Positions 1-13,236 of a stretch of DNA of 64,000 nucleotides are shown here, in pieces. The translations under genes and the position numbers were made by a program. Numbering within the stretch: the first letter of the stretch is position 1; each line of letters begins with the position of its first letter. The notes below the pieces were generated by a model. The model had not been told where the DNA came from. It saw only the letters and a list, made by a program, of their open reading frames with translations, and did no database searches. The stretch comes from Lama guanicoe (taxonomy: Eukaryota), in contig MU053588.1 in assembly GCA_013239625.1 (NCBI GenBank), positions 459,988-523,987 on the forward strand, written 5' to 3'.

Positions 1-884
1 TAGGATATGCAAATCCACTTAAGCAGGTACTGCCAGTTTTCCAAAATGGTTGAATCAGTTAATGCTCCAGTCAACAGTTTATGCAAGTTCCAACTACTCC
101 ACTTTCTCATTCACACGTGGTATTGTCTGACTGTAAAATTTTTGCCAGTATGGTGGATCTATATAGTATTGAACTGTGTTTTTCTTAACTTACAACTAAT
201 GAAGTTGAGTGCTTTTGTTTTAATGACTCTTGACCATTTGGGTATCTTCCTTTGGGAAGTGCCTACTGAGGTCCTTTGCCTGTCCTTTGGGAAGTATCTG
301 TTCAAGTTTTTGAGCAAAGGACACTTCCTTTGGGGAAGACCATCTTTTCTCCCTAGTAATTTTCTTTGCTCTGAAATATACCTTGTTTTATATTAGTATT
401 GCCTCTTCAGCTTTCTTTTGATTGTGATTTGCATAGTATATCTTTTACCATCTTTTTACTTTTAATCTTCCTATACTGTTATATTGAGGATAAATGACAT
501 CTTGAAAATCATCAGCCTTTCATCTCATAAACGGGTTAAATTCCTCTATTCGCTAGATATTCTTTAATTTCTGTGTTTTATTTATAATAATATAGAGACC
601 TTGTACATATTTTGTTAAATTTTAAATAGATATTTGAATTTTTGTTGCTATTACAAATGCTATCACTTGAAATATAATTTTTAATTTCTTAATTTTTACA
701 TGTACATTGAAATGCAGTTGACATTTTTACTCTCACTTTACATTTGTATTCTTAAATATTTCTAAGTTTCTATTCATGACTTTTCAGCTTTAAATGATGT
801 CCTTTCTCTTTTAGTTACTACAAATGAGGTAATTGATGAACTTGTGTATTTTCCATTTTATAACCTTTATCACTATATTAGTTA

Positions 885-1355
885 CTTATTGCTATAAAAT
901 TACCCTAAAATAACAAGTATTTATTTTTTTACACCATTTTTGTGGATCAGGAATTCAGGAGTGGCTTAGCATGGAGGTTTGGCTTAGGGTCTCATGGAGT
1001 TGCAGCTAAACTTTTGGGCAGGGCTACAGTCATATGAAAGCATGGCTGGGGCTGGAGGATCACCTTCCAAGATGATTCTTTAACATGACTGTTGGCAGTA
1101 GATCCTGTTCTTCTCTATGTGGACCTCCATAGGGCTGCTTGAGTGTCCTCATGACTTGTCATCTGGCTTTCCCCAGAGCAAAAGGACAGCAAGAGTATAT
1201 AAGATAGGAGCCAGAATATCTTTTATGATCTATCCTCATATTCCACCCTTCCACAACATCTTTTAGTACACAAGCCAGCCCTATTCAGTGTAGGAGGCAA
1301 CTACACAATGTTAATAACAAATATTGGGTACCCTTGGGGGCCATCTAGCACGCAG
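885..1355. mobile_element. MaLR (MLT1-type) solo LTR, old
   Basis: Motifs typical of MLT1 LTRs: 'gtggatcaggaattcaggagtggcttagc', 'ggctggaggatcaccttccaagatg', 'ctggctttccccagagc'. Boundaries approximate. Confidence 0.6.
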
Positions 1356-2644
1356 GCTAACATAATCTCCATCTTACTTTTTGATTTAGATTTGCATTTA
1401 AATATACTCAGCATCACTGCTTTTGCTGAAATTTTCCCTATTGCCTCCTTTTTGGCTGAAATATGTCCACCAATACTTCAGAACGGGCTTGTGTGAACAA
1501 TAGTCCCCAAATCCTTGCATCGTAGAACTCTTTATATCCTTCATACCTGAAGGACAGGTTGTCTGTATGTGAAATCTCTGACTGCACTCATTTGTTTTTC
1601 CACAAGTATACTGTAGGGGCTGCCTCACTATTTGGAGCACTGAATTTAGCAGTGGAGAAGTCTAATGACAACTGAATTTCCTTTTTCTTAATAGGAAAAA
1701 GCATATTTGATATTTTTATTTTGATTCCTCATAGGTTTTAGTCTAATAATTTTATTAGGAAATATTTTGGTAGGGACAATTTGAGTCATTTTCTCCTGCA
1801 ATATGTGTATTTTCATGATGTATATTTGTGTGTTATTTCAGAAAATTATTCTTGACTGTTAAAAATGTAGTCTTTAACATTTATTCTCTTCCTTGATTTA
1901 GATTTCATCTTTAGGGGCACTGCAAGTTGTATCACTTCAGACTTTCATTTTTTTTCCAATAATTGTCATGTCTGTCTTTGTTTCATTTTGTTCCATTTGC
2001 TAATTTCTATATTTTTTGTTCCATGCTGTACTTTCCGTGGTATTTGTCATATCTTGTGCTCTTTGTAATTTATTCTTCATTTCTAAAGTGGTTTTGCCTA
2101 TGTTCTCTTCCATTCTTGAATTCTGCTAACTTTCATGTATGGTCTACTGTCACTCCCTTCCCTTTCCTGAGATCATTGTACCACATGTGCATGTAATCTT
2201 GCTTCTGATTATATCATAATTTTATATTGATTATATCATAAATTTCTTTTTTATTCATATTGGAATGTTGGATAATAATTTTAATCTTTTCTGAACTTTT
2301 TTAGTGAGTTTTCTTTATGAGCAATCTTTTCAAAATTTTATCTAACAGTATCTTTGGACACAGTGTTTCTAATTTTGTTTCTGTTTTTGGAATGTGATTT
2401 TTTTTTTTTTAGATCTGTCACTGGCACTTTCCTATGAAAAAGGGGAATAGGGCAAAGGTAGTTTTTTAGCTTCTTCCACTCAAGAGTTCCTTCCTCTACT
2501 ACAGTAGAAGACAGTTTCTTTAAAAGAGACCCCCTCTGAATAGCCAGGCCTTCTTTGTTGTTCAGAACCTAACCTGCTTCAGGAAGACTCCTACTGTCAG
2601 CTCTGAGTTCCACAGTGTCTTCTTTGCTGTAATTAAAAACTATA

Positions 2645-4000
2645 GTCAAGCTCCTCCCAATTCATTTGATGAGGCTAGTATTACCTTGATAGCAAAACAG
2701 GCAGAGCTTATCTCATAAAAATATGAGTACAGTACAGAAACTCTCAACAAAATACTAACAAACCAAATCCAGCAACATGTAAAGTGAATTATACGACATG
2801 ACCAAGTAAGTGGAATATATCCCAGGAACAAAAGGTTATCTGAACAGCCAAAAATCAATTAATGTAATACATCATATCAATAGAAATAAAAAGCAAAAAT
2901 CATGTGATCATTTTAATAAACATAGGAAAAGCATTTGACAAAAACCAATACACTTTCATTATAAAAACACTATAAATTAGGAATGAAAAGGGATTTCCTC
3001 AGTTGGATAGGGCATCTACAAAAATCCTACAGCTAACTTAATGGTGAATGTCTGAGTGTTTTCCCCCTAAGATTAGGAACAAAACAAGAATGTCTGCTTT
3101 TGCCAATTCTATTCAATATTGTACTGGAGGTTTTAGCCAGGGGAATTAAACAAAAAAAGAAAAAGCATCTAGACTGGAAAAGAAGTAAAATCATCTCTGT
3201 TTTCAGATAACTCAATCTTCTGTATAGAAAATCCTAAGGAATACCACACAGAAACACTGTTAGAACTAATAAATGAGTTTAGCAAAGTTTCAGGATACAA
3301 GATCAATATATAAAATCAGTTGTATATTTATACACTTGGAATGAACCATCCAAAAATGAAATTAAGAAAGCAGTTCCATTCACAATAGTACCAAAACAAA
3401 TAAAGTATTTATTAATACATTTAATAACTGAAGTATAAAACTCATACTGTGAAAACTACAAAACAGGTATTAAATGCTTGTATATGAATGATCATAGCAG
3501 TATTATTTATAATAGTCAAAAGGTGGAAACAACTCAATGTCCAATAATGGATGAACAGGTAAACAAAAGGTTGTCTGTCCATTCAGCGGAGAATTATTCA
3601 GCCATTACTTCAGGAGTGAAATACTGGTACATGCTACAACTTGGATGAGCCTTGAAAACATTATGTTAAATGTTTTCACAATTGTGATAACCAGTCACAA
3701 TAAGTTTACATATTATATTATTCCATTCATATGAAAGTCCAGAATAGAGAAATCTATAGAGACAGGAAGTACATTAGTGGTTACTTGTGGTTGGAGAAGA
3801 AGCAGAGCGAGAGTGTAAGGGGCTGAGAGGATGGAGAGTAATAGCTGAAGGATATAGGGTTTCCTTCTGAGGTAATGAAAATACTCTAAAATAGACTTGT
3901 GGTGGTTGCACATGTATTAATTTGCTTAAAAAAAACATTGAATTGCTCATGTTAAATGGGTTAACTGTAGAGCATATGAATTATATCTTGGTAAAGCTTT
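2645..4000 (+). mobile_element. L1 LINE fragment (decayed ORF2 RT region plus 3' end)
   Basis: L1 ORF2-like sequence 'caacaaaatactaacaaaccaaatccagcaaca', 'aaagtttcaggatacaagatcaatata', followed by an L1M-type 3' UTR. Confidence 0.8.
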
Positions 4001-4348
4001 TTTTTTTTTTTAAAGAATGCAGCCTATGTGTTTTGCCACCTTGAATCCCCCTGACATTGTCATGCATCCTTTTACCACCTCCACCATCAGTTACCTTCTT
4101 TTCGTATCATTCCTGCTTATAGAAACTCGCTTCAGGATGTGGTCTGCTCCTCATGGGAATGAATATTTCTTATTTTTCTTTGCAGCATCTCTGAGGTTTC
4201 CTACATAGTTCTTTCCTTTGCTTTTGGCCACATTTCCAAGTAATTTGGAGTTTTCGGTTTTCTGTTTCCTGATGGTTAGGATTTACTTTTATTTTCCTTG
4301 TTCCTTTCCACATGGTTTCCAAGGGGAGTAATGTCAGGTTTAGAACTA

Positions 4349-4565
4349 CAGTTGACCCTTGAACAACATGGGTTTGAACCGGGAAGGTCCACTTATACAT
4401 GGATTTTTTCAATAAATAAATACTGTAGTACTACACGTTCCCCTGGTTGGTTGAATCCTGGGTCGATTGAATCCTCAGATGCAGAACCATGGATATAGAG
4501 GAACTCCATAAAGTTATGTGCATATTTTAACTGTGTGAGGGTGGGCGTTGTTCAAAGGTCAACTG
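4349..4565 (+). mobile_element. Tigger2-family MITE (Tc1/mariner DNA transposon)
   Basis: Terminal inverted repeats CAGTTGACCCTTGAACAAC...GTTGTTCAAAGGTCAACTG flanked by a TA target duplication. Confidence 0.85.
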
Positions 4566-5566
4566 TAATTCTTCCCTGAAACTATATAATAATCTTTCAG
4601 GTCCTTTCCATTTCCCAACACAAAGTGTATTTCCGTGCATAATTTGTTCTTCAGCTCTTTATTCTTTTTCCGAAGCACTTTAAGTCCTATTATACCACTG
4701 AAATTGTCTGTCTCCTAAACCAAATTTGTACTATATGCTTCACCTGAAATTTTCATGAACCACCCCCTTCCCAGATTGAGTATATAAGTCTTTCCTCTGC
4801 CCTCACACACCAACTCTGTTGTATCTGTAATTAGAAATATTTTAAAACCTTACTTTAAAATGTAAAATGATTTCTTTGTACATCTAAGATAAGGCCTTAC
4901 CTCCATAGCCTATCTTTGAGGAGTTTTCATGATCTGGTCCCTGCTACACAAGTCTCCATCTGTCATTGGTCTTTTCTTCAACCCTGTACTCCTTGAATGC
5001 ACAAAGATACTATGTTTAATTTTGACATATTGTTTCCTCTGCTTGAAAATTCTTCTTCCTTTGGCCTGTCCTCTCTGGTAAGCCCCTGAAGACAGCTGAA
5101 GTGCCGTCTGCTGTAGAAAGCTCTCCCTTAGTAACTAGTTTGGTTTGGGCTCCTTTGAACTACTTGACTCCCCTTCTTCTACAGCCATGATAACCTTTAG
5201 CTCTTACTATATTGTGATTGCTTCTTTACTTTTCTGACTGTGAGTTCCCTGAGGGCAGGTCCTGCGACATATTTATCTGAATCCCCAGTGTCAGACACAG
5301 ATTGGAGAGTTCCCTTGGGAATGTCTAACTTGGGGTGCATACTGTTAAAGAGGGTATTCAGAGCAAGTCAAATGCTCTATTCTTGTATCCAGAATACCTT
5401 GATCCATGTCATGATTTAGGATAACTAATTGGACTGAAACTCCATCTTTTTTTTATTGTTGTTGTTTCAAATTCAGGTTTTTGTTTGTTTGTTTGTTGTT
5501 TCAGATTCAGTTTTGAAACTTCATCCTGAGTTGAGTCTCTTGGGTTTTGAATAGGACCAGGATTTC

Positions 5567-5829
5567 CTTTTTTTTTTTTAACACCTTTATTGTGGTATGA
5601 TTCCTGTAATGTAAACTACACATATTTCAGATGTGCAGTGATGAATTTTGATAGATGTATACACCAGTGAAACCATCACCACAATCAAGATAGCTAACAT
5701 TTTCATCACTCTCCAAGAGGTACAAATTTGAAATTCCCAGTTTATCCCCCACCTCATTTACCCCTTGGTACTCATAAGTTTGTCCTTTATGTCTGTGAGT
5801 CTGTTTCTGTTTTGTAGATAGTTCATTTG
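5567..5829 (-). mobile_element. Short 5'-truncated L1 3'-end insertion
   Basis: Poly(T) on + strand, L1 3' UTR sequence, perfect 14-bp TSD AGGACCAGGATTTC (5553-5566 and 5830-5843). Confidence 0.8.
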
Positions 5830-6015
5830 AGGACCAGGATTTCTGTAGACTCCCTAGGACCTTCCTTCAAGGAAGAGAATGGTTCTTAGTCCATTTGAAA
5901 TCTCTAAGGAAAGCCTGACTTTTCATGATTCCTTCCCTCTAGCTCTATTTTCTGAAGGCTCTGTTTCACCGGGAGAGGAATCCAGAAGACTGAGCAACTC
6001 TTGGAATTTTAAATT

Positions 6016-6024
6016 ATGACCCAT
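6016..6024 (+). CDS. ZNF790: ZNF790 start-codon exon, coding part (M-T-H); whole exon about 5943-6024
   Basis: ATG ACC CAT followed by donor GTGAGT; acceptor 'ccttccctctag' ends at 5942. Phase 0 joins the KRAB-A exon, and the spliced CDS totals 1911 nt (636 aa plus stop). Confidence 0.8.
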
Positions 6025-6896
6025 GTGAGTTGGAATTGGCCCTTCTCCCAAATTATATCCCATGTGAAAATTTTTATTCCTTATTCTTAAACTGCTTACC
6101 TGAATCACTATTCAGTGTGGTAAATGATAGCCATGAAACAGTGCAGTGCCCTCCCTAGATGTCCCTCTTCTCTCCAGCATGGCACTCACTACTTCCTGGG
6201 TCCTAATACTTTGACAGAGCACTGAAGGAGGAGAAATTATTCCCTTAAAGGAAATAGTAGAGACTTTCTTTTCTAAACTATGGCTTAACAAGGTGTAACT
6301 GAGTGGCTGTAAAGGACACACTACGTGAAAGCTTTTATTTACTCTATGTAATGGGGTGTTTCAGTTAGGAAAGATGGGAGTTGGTGTTGGTTGGTATTCA
6401 CTTTAGTAATGGCACTCTGTCATGCTTTTAGATAGAGGGTATAGTAGAAGGTTGAGTTGAGAGAGAGCTGGGGTCTCTCCAGGAAATCAGTGAGAGATTA
6501 ATATCACTAGCAAGACATGTGTTCATTGTCAGCTACTTAGCCGAGAGCCCAGAGATTTTATGCATTCTTCACAGAAAATAGTATTCAGTTAGGGAGTGTA
6601 TCTCTTTTAAGAATCCTCATTCAGGTCCCCAGTACTTCCATAAAAACAAACAAACAAATAAATAAAAATTTAAAAATTGGAAAAAGAATCTTTTCAACTT
6701 AAGAGAAAAAAACTTTTTCACACATAGTAAATCTGAAGTTGATTATTCCAGGCTGGTGTAGCCTGTAAGTGAGATCAACAAAGGGCTCATTCATATGATA
6801 TCTGTTATCCTGGGTGACCATCCTGTTGTCTTGGTGTTTATTACTGGTAGATCATAACAAAGTTTTGCCAAACAACAGGAGATTTTAAGAGCATAT

Positions 6897-7067
6897 GGGG
6901 GGAGGGTATAACTCAAGTGGTAGAACACATGCTTAGCATGCACAAGGTCCTAGGTTCGATCCCCAGTACCTCCTCTAAAAATAAATAAATAAAAATCTAA
7001 TTACTTCCTCCAAAATTTTTTTTTTAAAAAAAGGAGTCCCTAATGAAAAACAACAACAAAAATCCAA
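6897..7067 (+). mobile_element. tRNA-Ala-derived SINE (camelid vic-1-like)
   Basis: tRNA-like head with A/B boxes, A-rich tail, TSD AAGAGCATAT (6887-6896 and 7068-7077). Confidence 0.85.
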
Positions 7068-7236
7068 AAGAGCATATAGGCACTTGGCTTCAGGGACACT
7101 AATTTCTGTATTATCTCCCCCCATACTATAAGCACCTAACTCCAGTTTTTTGCTCAGTATGTATACCATTCCCTGCAGTGCCCCTTTCCATCATTTCCTC
7201 TTACATCTGGAAGATTTCTTTTAATTTCACCATTGA

Positions 7237-7407
<171 letters not shown>

Positions 7408-7648
7408 TAAATTCCTGATTTGTACATTGTGAGTTTTTGGATTGTCTTTCAAGTGTCTAGTGGGATTTCTGACCTATTTCTAGGAAAATGGTTTATGCTT
7501 TATAAGTTTGGCAGTAGTCATCATCATTGGGAACCTCCATCCTCCCTATTCTTTACAAATCCTTTATGCCTTTTTCTTGCCCTTCCTAAAAACTAAGGGA
7601 CTTACAGAAGCCTTACCATGTGGTAATTTCCTATTTCTTATCTTCTGA

Positions 7649-7753
<105 letters not shown>

Positions 7754-7995
7754 TGAGGGCTGAGCAGGCACAAGGGGACCATCACTGCAGATAGCAGTCC
7801 GGCTGTTTAGTGAGGCAGCAACACCTCTGAAATACTATTCTAGAATTCCCCCTGCAGAGGCCAAAAACCTGTAGATAAAGGCCTGAGACCTGGGAATAAA
7901 AGTAACCTTTTCAAAGTGAATTTCCAAATGAACATTCTCTTTACCTTCAAATACCACTTCATGTCAGTGTTCTCATTTTTCCTTCATGTTACAAA

Positions 7996-8234
7996 AGGTA
8001 AGTGCCATTCTTTTTCTCCAGTGAGAAATTTATCTGTGGTTTGGATCAAGTTCTTTCCCATTGCTCTCTTTTTTTTTTTCCCATTTGGATATTTGTAAAT
8101 TTCTTCACTCCCTAAATAAATTTTGACCCTCTTTTTCATTTTATCTGCTATCTCTTGAATTTTTCCTATTTTGCCTAGTTTTTCTTTGCTTCAGCATTTC
8201 CTTCATTAATCCTTTCTTTTAAGCAATATTTATT
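7996..8234 (+). repeat. Left arm of intronic inverted duplication (partner 10927-11160)
   Basis: Reverse complement of 10927-11160 aligns along its length; first 39 nt identical, roughly 85-90% overall by eye. Confidence 0.9.
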
Positions 8235-8699
8235 GATTTTCTAACTTCATTTTAGGTTTAGAAGGGTTAACAGAGTATGTAATCAATTTAGAAACTTGGT
8301 ATTCTTTTCTGTGACTGGAGCCTCTTCATAAATTTCTGCGAAGTAGGCTCTACATTAAGAGAATGCCTAATAGGCTGCTTTGTTATGGTTTCTGGCTACT
8401 GTGAAGAGGAAATGGCACGAGAGAGGTTAGGACTAATGAAAGACAATGAGGAGAGAGTATAGTGTCATAAAAGACAGATTCTGGCTGTCAAAAGGAACCA
8501 AGGGGTATATTTGGCAACTATTTGATAATTCATGAATTTCCTGTAATGGGCAGGACTCAGATCGAAGTAACATACTCTTGGAGCTTCTTTTTTATTTGAA
8601 ATATCAAGGGAAAAATAATTTTATTTCCTTATTGGAGTCATGTTTTTAAATTCCAGAACCTACATTTATGTTTTAACATTTTTCTTTTTCCAGGCTATT

Positions 8700-9300
8700 A
8701 ATATGTGGAAAAACTTTAATGAATCTCAAGGATATCATGCTGAATGAAAAATTCCAATCTCAAAAATGTAATTGACATATAATATTTACATACTATATGA
8801 ATCCATTTATACAACATTCTGGAAATCACAAAATTATAGAGATTGAAAATATATTAGTGACTGCCAAGGGTTAGGAAAGGGGCAGTGGCGGTGGTGGTTA
8901 TGACTGCAAGAGATAGTATGAGGGGGAGGGTATAGCTCAAGTGGTAGAGTGCATGCTTAGCATGCTTGAGGTCCTGGGTTCAATCCCCAGTACCTCCTCT
9001 AAAAGTAAAATAAAACGTAATTACCTCCCCCTGCCAATTAAAAAAAAAAAGGAGAGATAGCATGAGAGAGCATCTTTGTAGTGATGGACTAATTCTGTAT
9101 CTTGATTGTCGTGGTGGTTATAGGAATCCACGTATGTGATGAAATGATGTAAAATTATACACATATATTGTGCCAATGTTTATTTCATGGTTTGATATTG
9201 TACTATAATTATGTAAGATATATTCATTGGGCAAAACTGGGCAAAGGGTACAGAAGACTCTTTGGACTATCTTTACAAATTATTTCAAAATAAATGCTTT
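8700..9300 (+). mobile_element. Old L1 (L1MC-like) 3' end, interrupted by a SINE
   Basis: L1M 3' UTR motifs; similar to the L1 3' end at about 28080-28530. Confidence 0.65.
8923..9052 (+). mobile_element. tRNA-Ala-derived SINE (vic-1-like)
   Basis: GGGGAGGGTATAGCTCAAGTGGTAGAG...GGTTCAATCCCCAGTACCTCC head, A tail, TSD AGAGATAG(T/C)ATGAG. Confidence 0.88.
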
Positions 9301-9789
9301 TAAAACTTCCTGTGTTCCATAAGGTATATATAATTTTGTCTTATATTTTTATTCCTTAAACACTACCATGTACCTTTTCTATTTTTGTTTATTTTCACAT
9401 ATTATGAATATATTGTTATATATTAAGGTTGTTTTGCATTTTTGTTACTAAAGTTACCACTATTGGTACATGTCAGTTATTCCTGGGCTTTTTCCACAAG
9501 GAATGATAGTTGTATTTCACATAGGAAATTCCTCAGCCAAAAGATTTAAAATTAAAAGATCATGTGCCCAACTAATTTAAGATAATTAATTGATTAGTCA
9601 TTGAAAATTTATTTTAAGTCATACAAAACTGTATGAATATCTTAAACAACCTGTAACTATTGATTTACACCCGTAACTGTTTCACACATGTTTCAACATA
9701 GAGCCAGGACATGTTCTCCCTAACTGCAGTTTTGCCTGTTCTTTCTTATATCTTGTTTCTTTCTTCTCCCTTGTGGTTTGATGACTTTC

Positions 9790-10920
9790 TTTACTGTTTT
9801 TTTTTTTAAATAAGATTGCATTCTCATTATCTTTTCCGTATTTACTATCGTTTTTGCTTTGTGGCTACCATGAGGCTTACAGATATCAGTGTGTGTGTGT
9901 ATGGTCCATATTAAGTTGATAGCAAACTAAGTTGAATGCATTCTAAAACTCTGCAGTTTTACTCCCCTTCTCCCACATTTTGTTTCTGGTTTCATATTTT
10001 ACATCTTTTCATTTTGTGTATCCCTTAACTAATTATTGTAGTTACAGACTTTATTACTTTTGTCTTTTAGCTTTTATGTTAGCTTTATTAGTGTTTAGTC
10101 CACTACCTTTAGTATATATTTATTTTTACCAATGAGATTTTTAGTTTCCTATTTTTTATACTAATTAGTGCCCTCTCTTTTCAGCTTAAAGAAGCCCCTT
10201 TAACATTTTTTATAAGGCCAGTGTAGTGGTGGTGACCTCTTTTAGCCTTTGCTTGTCTGGAAAACTCTTTATCTCTCCTTTAATTCTGAATGATAACCTT
10301 ATCAGGTAGAGTATTCTTGATTGAAAGTTTTTTGCTTTCAGCACTTTGAATATATCACGCCACTCCCATTCTGGCCAGCAAAGTTTCTGCTGAAAAACTG
10401 TTAAGACTGGGGTTGTGTTTCAGTCTGCTGTCTGTGTAGTACCCTGAGAGTAATAGCCTGCCAAAAACTTTGATTGTTTCAGTCTCATGGAACCCAGAAA
10501 CAAGCCCTCCTGGCCCTCAGAGCCAGGCATTCAAGGCCTGTCCCCTTGTGGACTGCACCTGGGAGTGGGCTTGGGTCATCCCCTGTGTTGACTGGACTTG
10601 TGTTGGGTGGGGCCACAAGAGGGGGCACCAGGCTAGGGCAAGACCACCCAATGGGTTGGGTCAGGCCGTGGGGCACACTGGGCTGGGGCAAGTCCAGTCA
10701 CGAGCTTGACTGGGGCTCTGGGTAGCACCACCCACTGGTGCTAGCAAGGTAGAGGGAGAGCACAAAAATGGCCCTCACCAGCACCTCCACGCCTGGAGAG
10801 AGTTCCAGTGGATTCCAGTAGATGCTTTACCAAATGAATCTCCGATTATGGACTAGGCATTTTTCAACCTGCTGCTATTTCCCTGAGTCTTGGGGTGAGT
10901 GAGTCTGTGCACAAGCCCTT
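9790..10920 (-). mobile_element. L1 fragment (ORF1 region and GC-richer 5' UTR-like part), antisense
   Basis: Antisense L1 ORF1-region motifs 'tttagcctttgcttgtctggaaaactctttatctctcc', 'cagcactttgaatatatcacgccactc', 'aagtttctgctgaaaa'. Confidence 0.65.
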
Positions 10921-10926
10921 TAACCA

Positions 10927-11160
10927 AATAAACATTGCTTAGAAGAAAGAATTGAAGCAAATGCTGAAGCAAGGAGAAATTAGGCAAAATAAGAAAAATT
11001 TAAGAGAGAGCAGATAAAATGAAAAACAGGGTCAAAATTTTTTTTAGGGAGTGAAGAAATTTACAAATATCCAAATGGAAAAAAAAAAAGAGAAATGGGA
11101 AGAAACATGACTCAAACCATGGATAAATTTCTCACTGGAGAAAAAGAATGGCACTTACCT
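10927..11160 (-). repeat. Right arm of intronic inverted duplication (partner 7996-8234)
   Basis: Ends '...ctcactggagaaaaagaatggcacttacct', the exact reverse complement of the left-arm start. Confidence 0.9.
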
Positions 11161-11554
11161 CTTTTTTTTTTTTTTTAGAGAATTAATCTTTTAATGCTTA
11201 ACATGTGCTAAATGTTGATTATACCATACTGGGTGAAACAGTCTTAAATCTTTAAGTGGTATTCCATGATTGGGGTAGTACCTGAACAATCTTTCTTTGT
11301 TGTTGAACTCCTCAGATGAATTTGACCCAAACAAAACTTTATATATCTAATCACCTGCCTCAACTTTTATCAGTTCTTTTAAATTTTCTATTTATTTTTT
11401 AGGCTTTTTTCATATTGCCCAGAATTTGAGAATTTTTAAACCCATTCACATTTCATATGCTCTGTTTATTTTAGGATTCAACTCTTATGTCAGCATTGGA
11501 AATTTTATTTTTTTGAACAGTAAAACTGTATGAATTTATCTTCTTATTTTTCAG

Positions 11555-13236
11555 ACATGCAGTCCAGGTGTCAGACCAAGAAGTTATCACCAAAAAATGG
11601 CGTTTTTCACAGAGAATTTCCTCAATGGGAAATAATGGAAATTTGTAAAAAACGTAGTCTTGAATGTTTATGTTTTAGAGGTGATTGGGAGAGCAAAAGT
11701 CGGTTTGAAACACTACAGAAAAATCAGGAAGAATGTTTTAAGCATGTTTTACTCTCCTGTGAAAAAATTCCCACTTTTAACCAGGACACAGCTTTTAATC
11801 TGCATCATAGACTTGATATAGGAAAGAAACTGAATGTATTTAAAGAGTGTAGTACAGCCTTTTATTCTGGCTCAGACTGTATTCAACAACAGTTAATTCA
11901 AACTGGTGAAAAATTTTGTGACAATAAGGAATGTGGCAAGATTGTTCTTCCCAATTCAGAGTTTACTAAATATCAGACAGCTCACACTGCTAAGAAAACA
12001 TATGAATGTAAAGAATGTGGGAAGTCTTTTAGTTTGCGTTCAAGTCTTACTGGTCATAGGAGAATCCATACTGGTGAAAAACCTTTTAAATGTAAGGAAT
12101 GTGGGAAGGCCTTTAGATTTCATTCACAACTTAGTGTCCATAAGCGTATTCATACAGGTGAGAAATCTTATGAATGTAAGGAATGTGGGAAGGCCTTTAG
12201 TTGTGGCTCAGACCTTACTCGACACCAGAGAATTCATACTGGTGAGAAACCCTATGAATGTAATGAATGTAGGAAGGCCTTTAGTCAGCGATCACATCTT
12301 ACTAAACATCAGAGGATTCACACTGGTGAAAAACCTTATGAATGTAAGGAGTGTGGGAAGGCTTTTACTCGTGGCTCACATCTAACCCAACATCAGAGAA
12401 TTCATACTGGTGAGAAATCTCATGAATGTAAAGAATGTGGAAAAGCCTTTATTCGTGGTTCAAATCTTGCTCAACATCAGAACGTTCATGTTGGCAGGAA
12501 GCCCTATGAATGTGAGAAATGTGGAAAAGCCTATATCTGGAGTTCACACCTTGCACGACATCAGCGAATTCATACTGGTAGGAAACCTTATGAATGTAAG
12601 CAATGTGGGAAGACTTTTATTTGGGCCTCATACCTTGCTCAACATGAGAAAATTCATAATGAGAGGAAACTCTATGAGTGTAAGGAATGCAGAAAGACCT
12701 TTCTTCATGGCTCAGAGTTTAATCGACATCAGAAAATTCATACTGGTGAGAGAAACTATGAATGTAAGGAATGTGGAAAGACCTTTTTTCGTGGTTCAGA
12801 ACTTAATCGACATCAGAAAATCCATACTGGAAAGAGATCATATGAATGTGAAGAATGTGGAAAAGCCTTTCTCTGGGGTTCACAACTTACACGACATCAC
12901 AGAATACATACTGGTGAGGAACCTTATGTGTGTAAAGAATGTGGGAAATCTTTTATCTGGGGTTCCCAGCTTACACGACATAGGAAAATTCATACTGAGG
13001 TAGAATCCTATAAATGTAAGGAAAATGACCAGTTCGTTAGTCACCATTCATATTTTACTGAAAAGAAAATTCACAATGGTGAGAATCCGTATCAATGGAA
13101 AGACTATGGGAATACCATTAGTCATGACTCAGACTTTGCTCAACACCAGAATATTTACACTTTTGAGAAATCCTATGAATATAAAGATCTTGAGACAGCA
13201 TTTTCTCCAAACTCTCACTTTACTTCATTATTGTGA
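11555..13236 (+). CDS. ZNF790: ZNF790 zinc-finger exon (12 canonical C2H2 fingers plus degenerate flanking fingers)
   Basis: ORF 11530-13236; acceptor 'ttcttatttttcag' ends at 11554. [11 protein letters not shown]..., the finger helices (LRSSL, FHSQL, CGSDL, QRSHL, WSSHL, WASYL, HGSEF, WGSQL) and the C-terminus SHFTSLL match my recollection of human ZNF790. Confidence 0.93.

Noticed and set aside
7..396. 129-aa ORF at the window start
   Set aside because: No recognisable domain; the sequence resembles decayed antisense L1.
8923..8998. tRNA-Ala(AGC)-like cloverleaf (and similar copies elsewhere)
   Set aside because: Followed by a SINE tail and flanked by a TSD, with stem mismatches; it is a tRNA-derived SINE, not a tRNA gene.
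8700..9300. Similarity between about 8700-9300 and 28080-28530
   Set aside because: Both are 3' ends of the same old L1 family, not a segmental duplication.
11530..11554. ORF-track start codons upstream of the finger exons (11530 on +, 42997 on -)
   Set aside because: They lie in the intron polypyrimidine region; the real exons start after the AG acceptors at 11555 and 42972.
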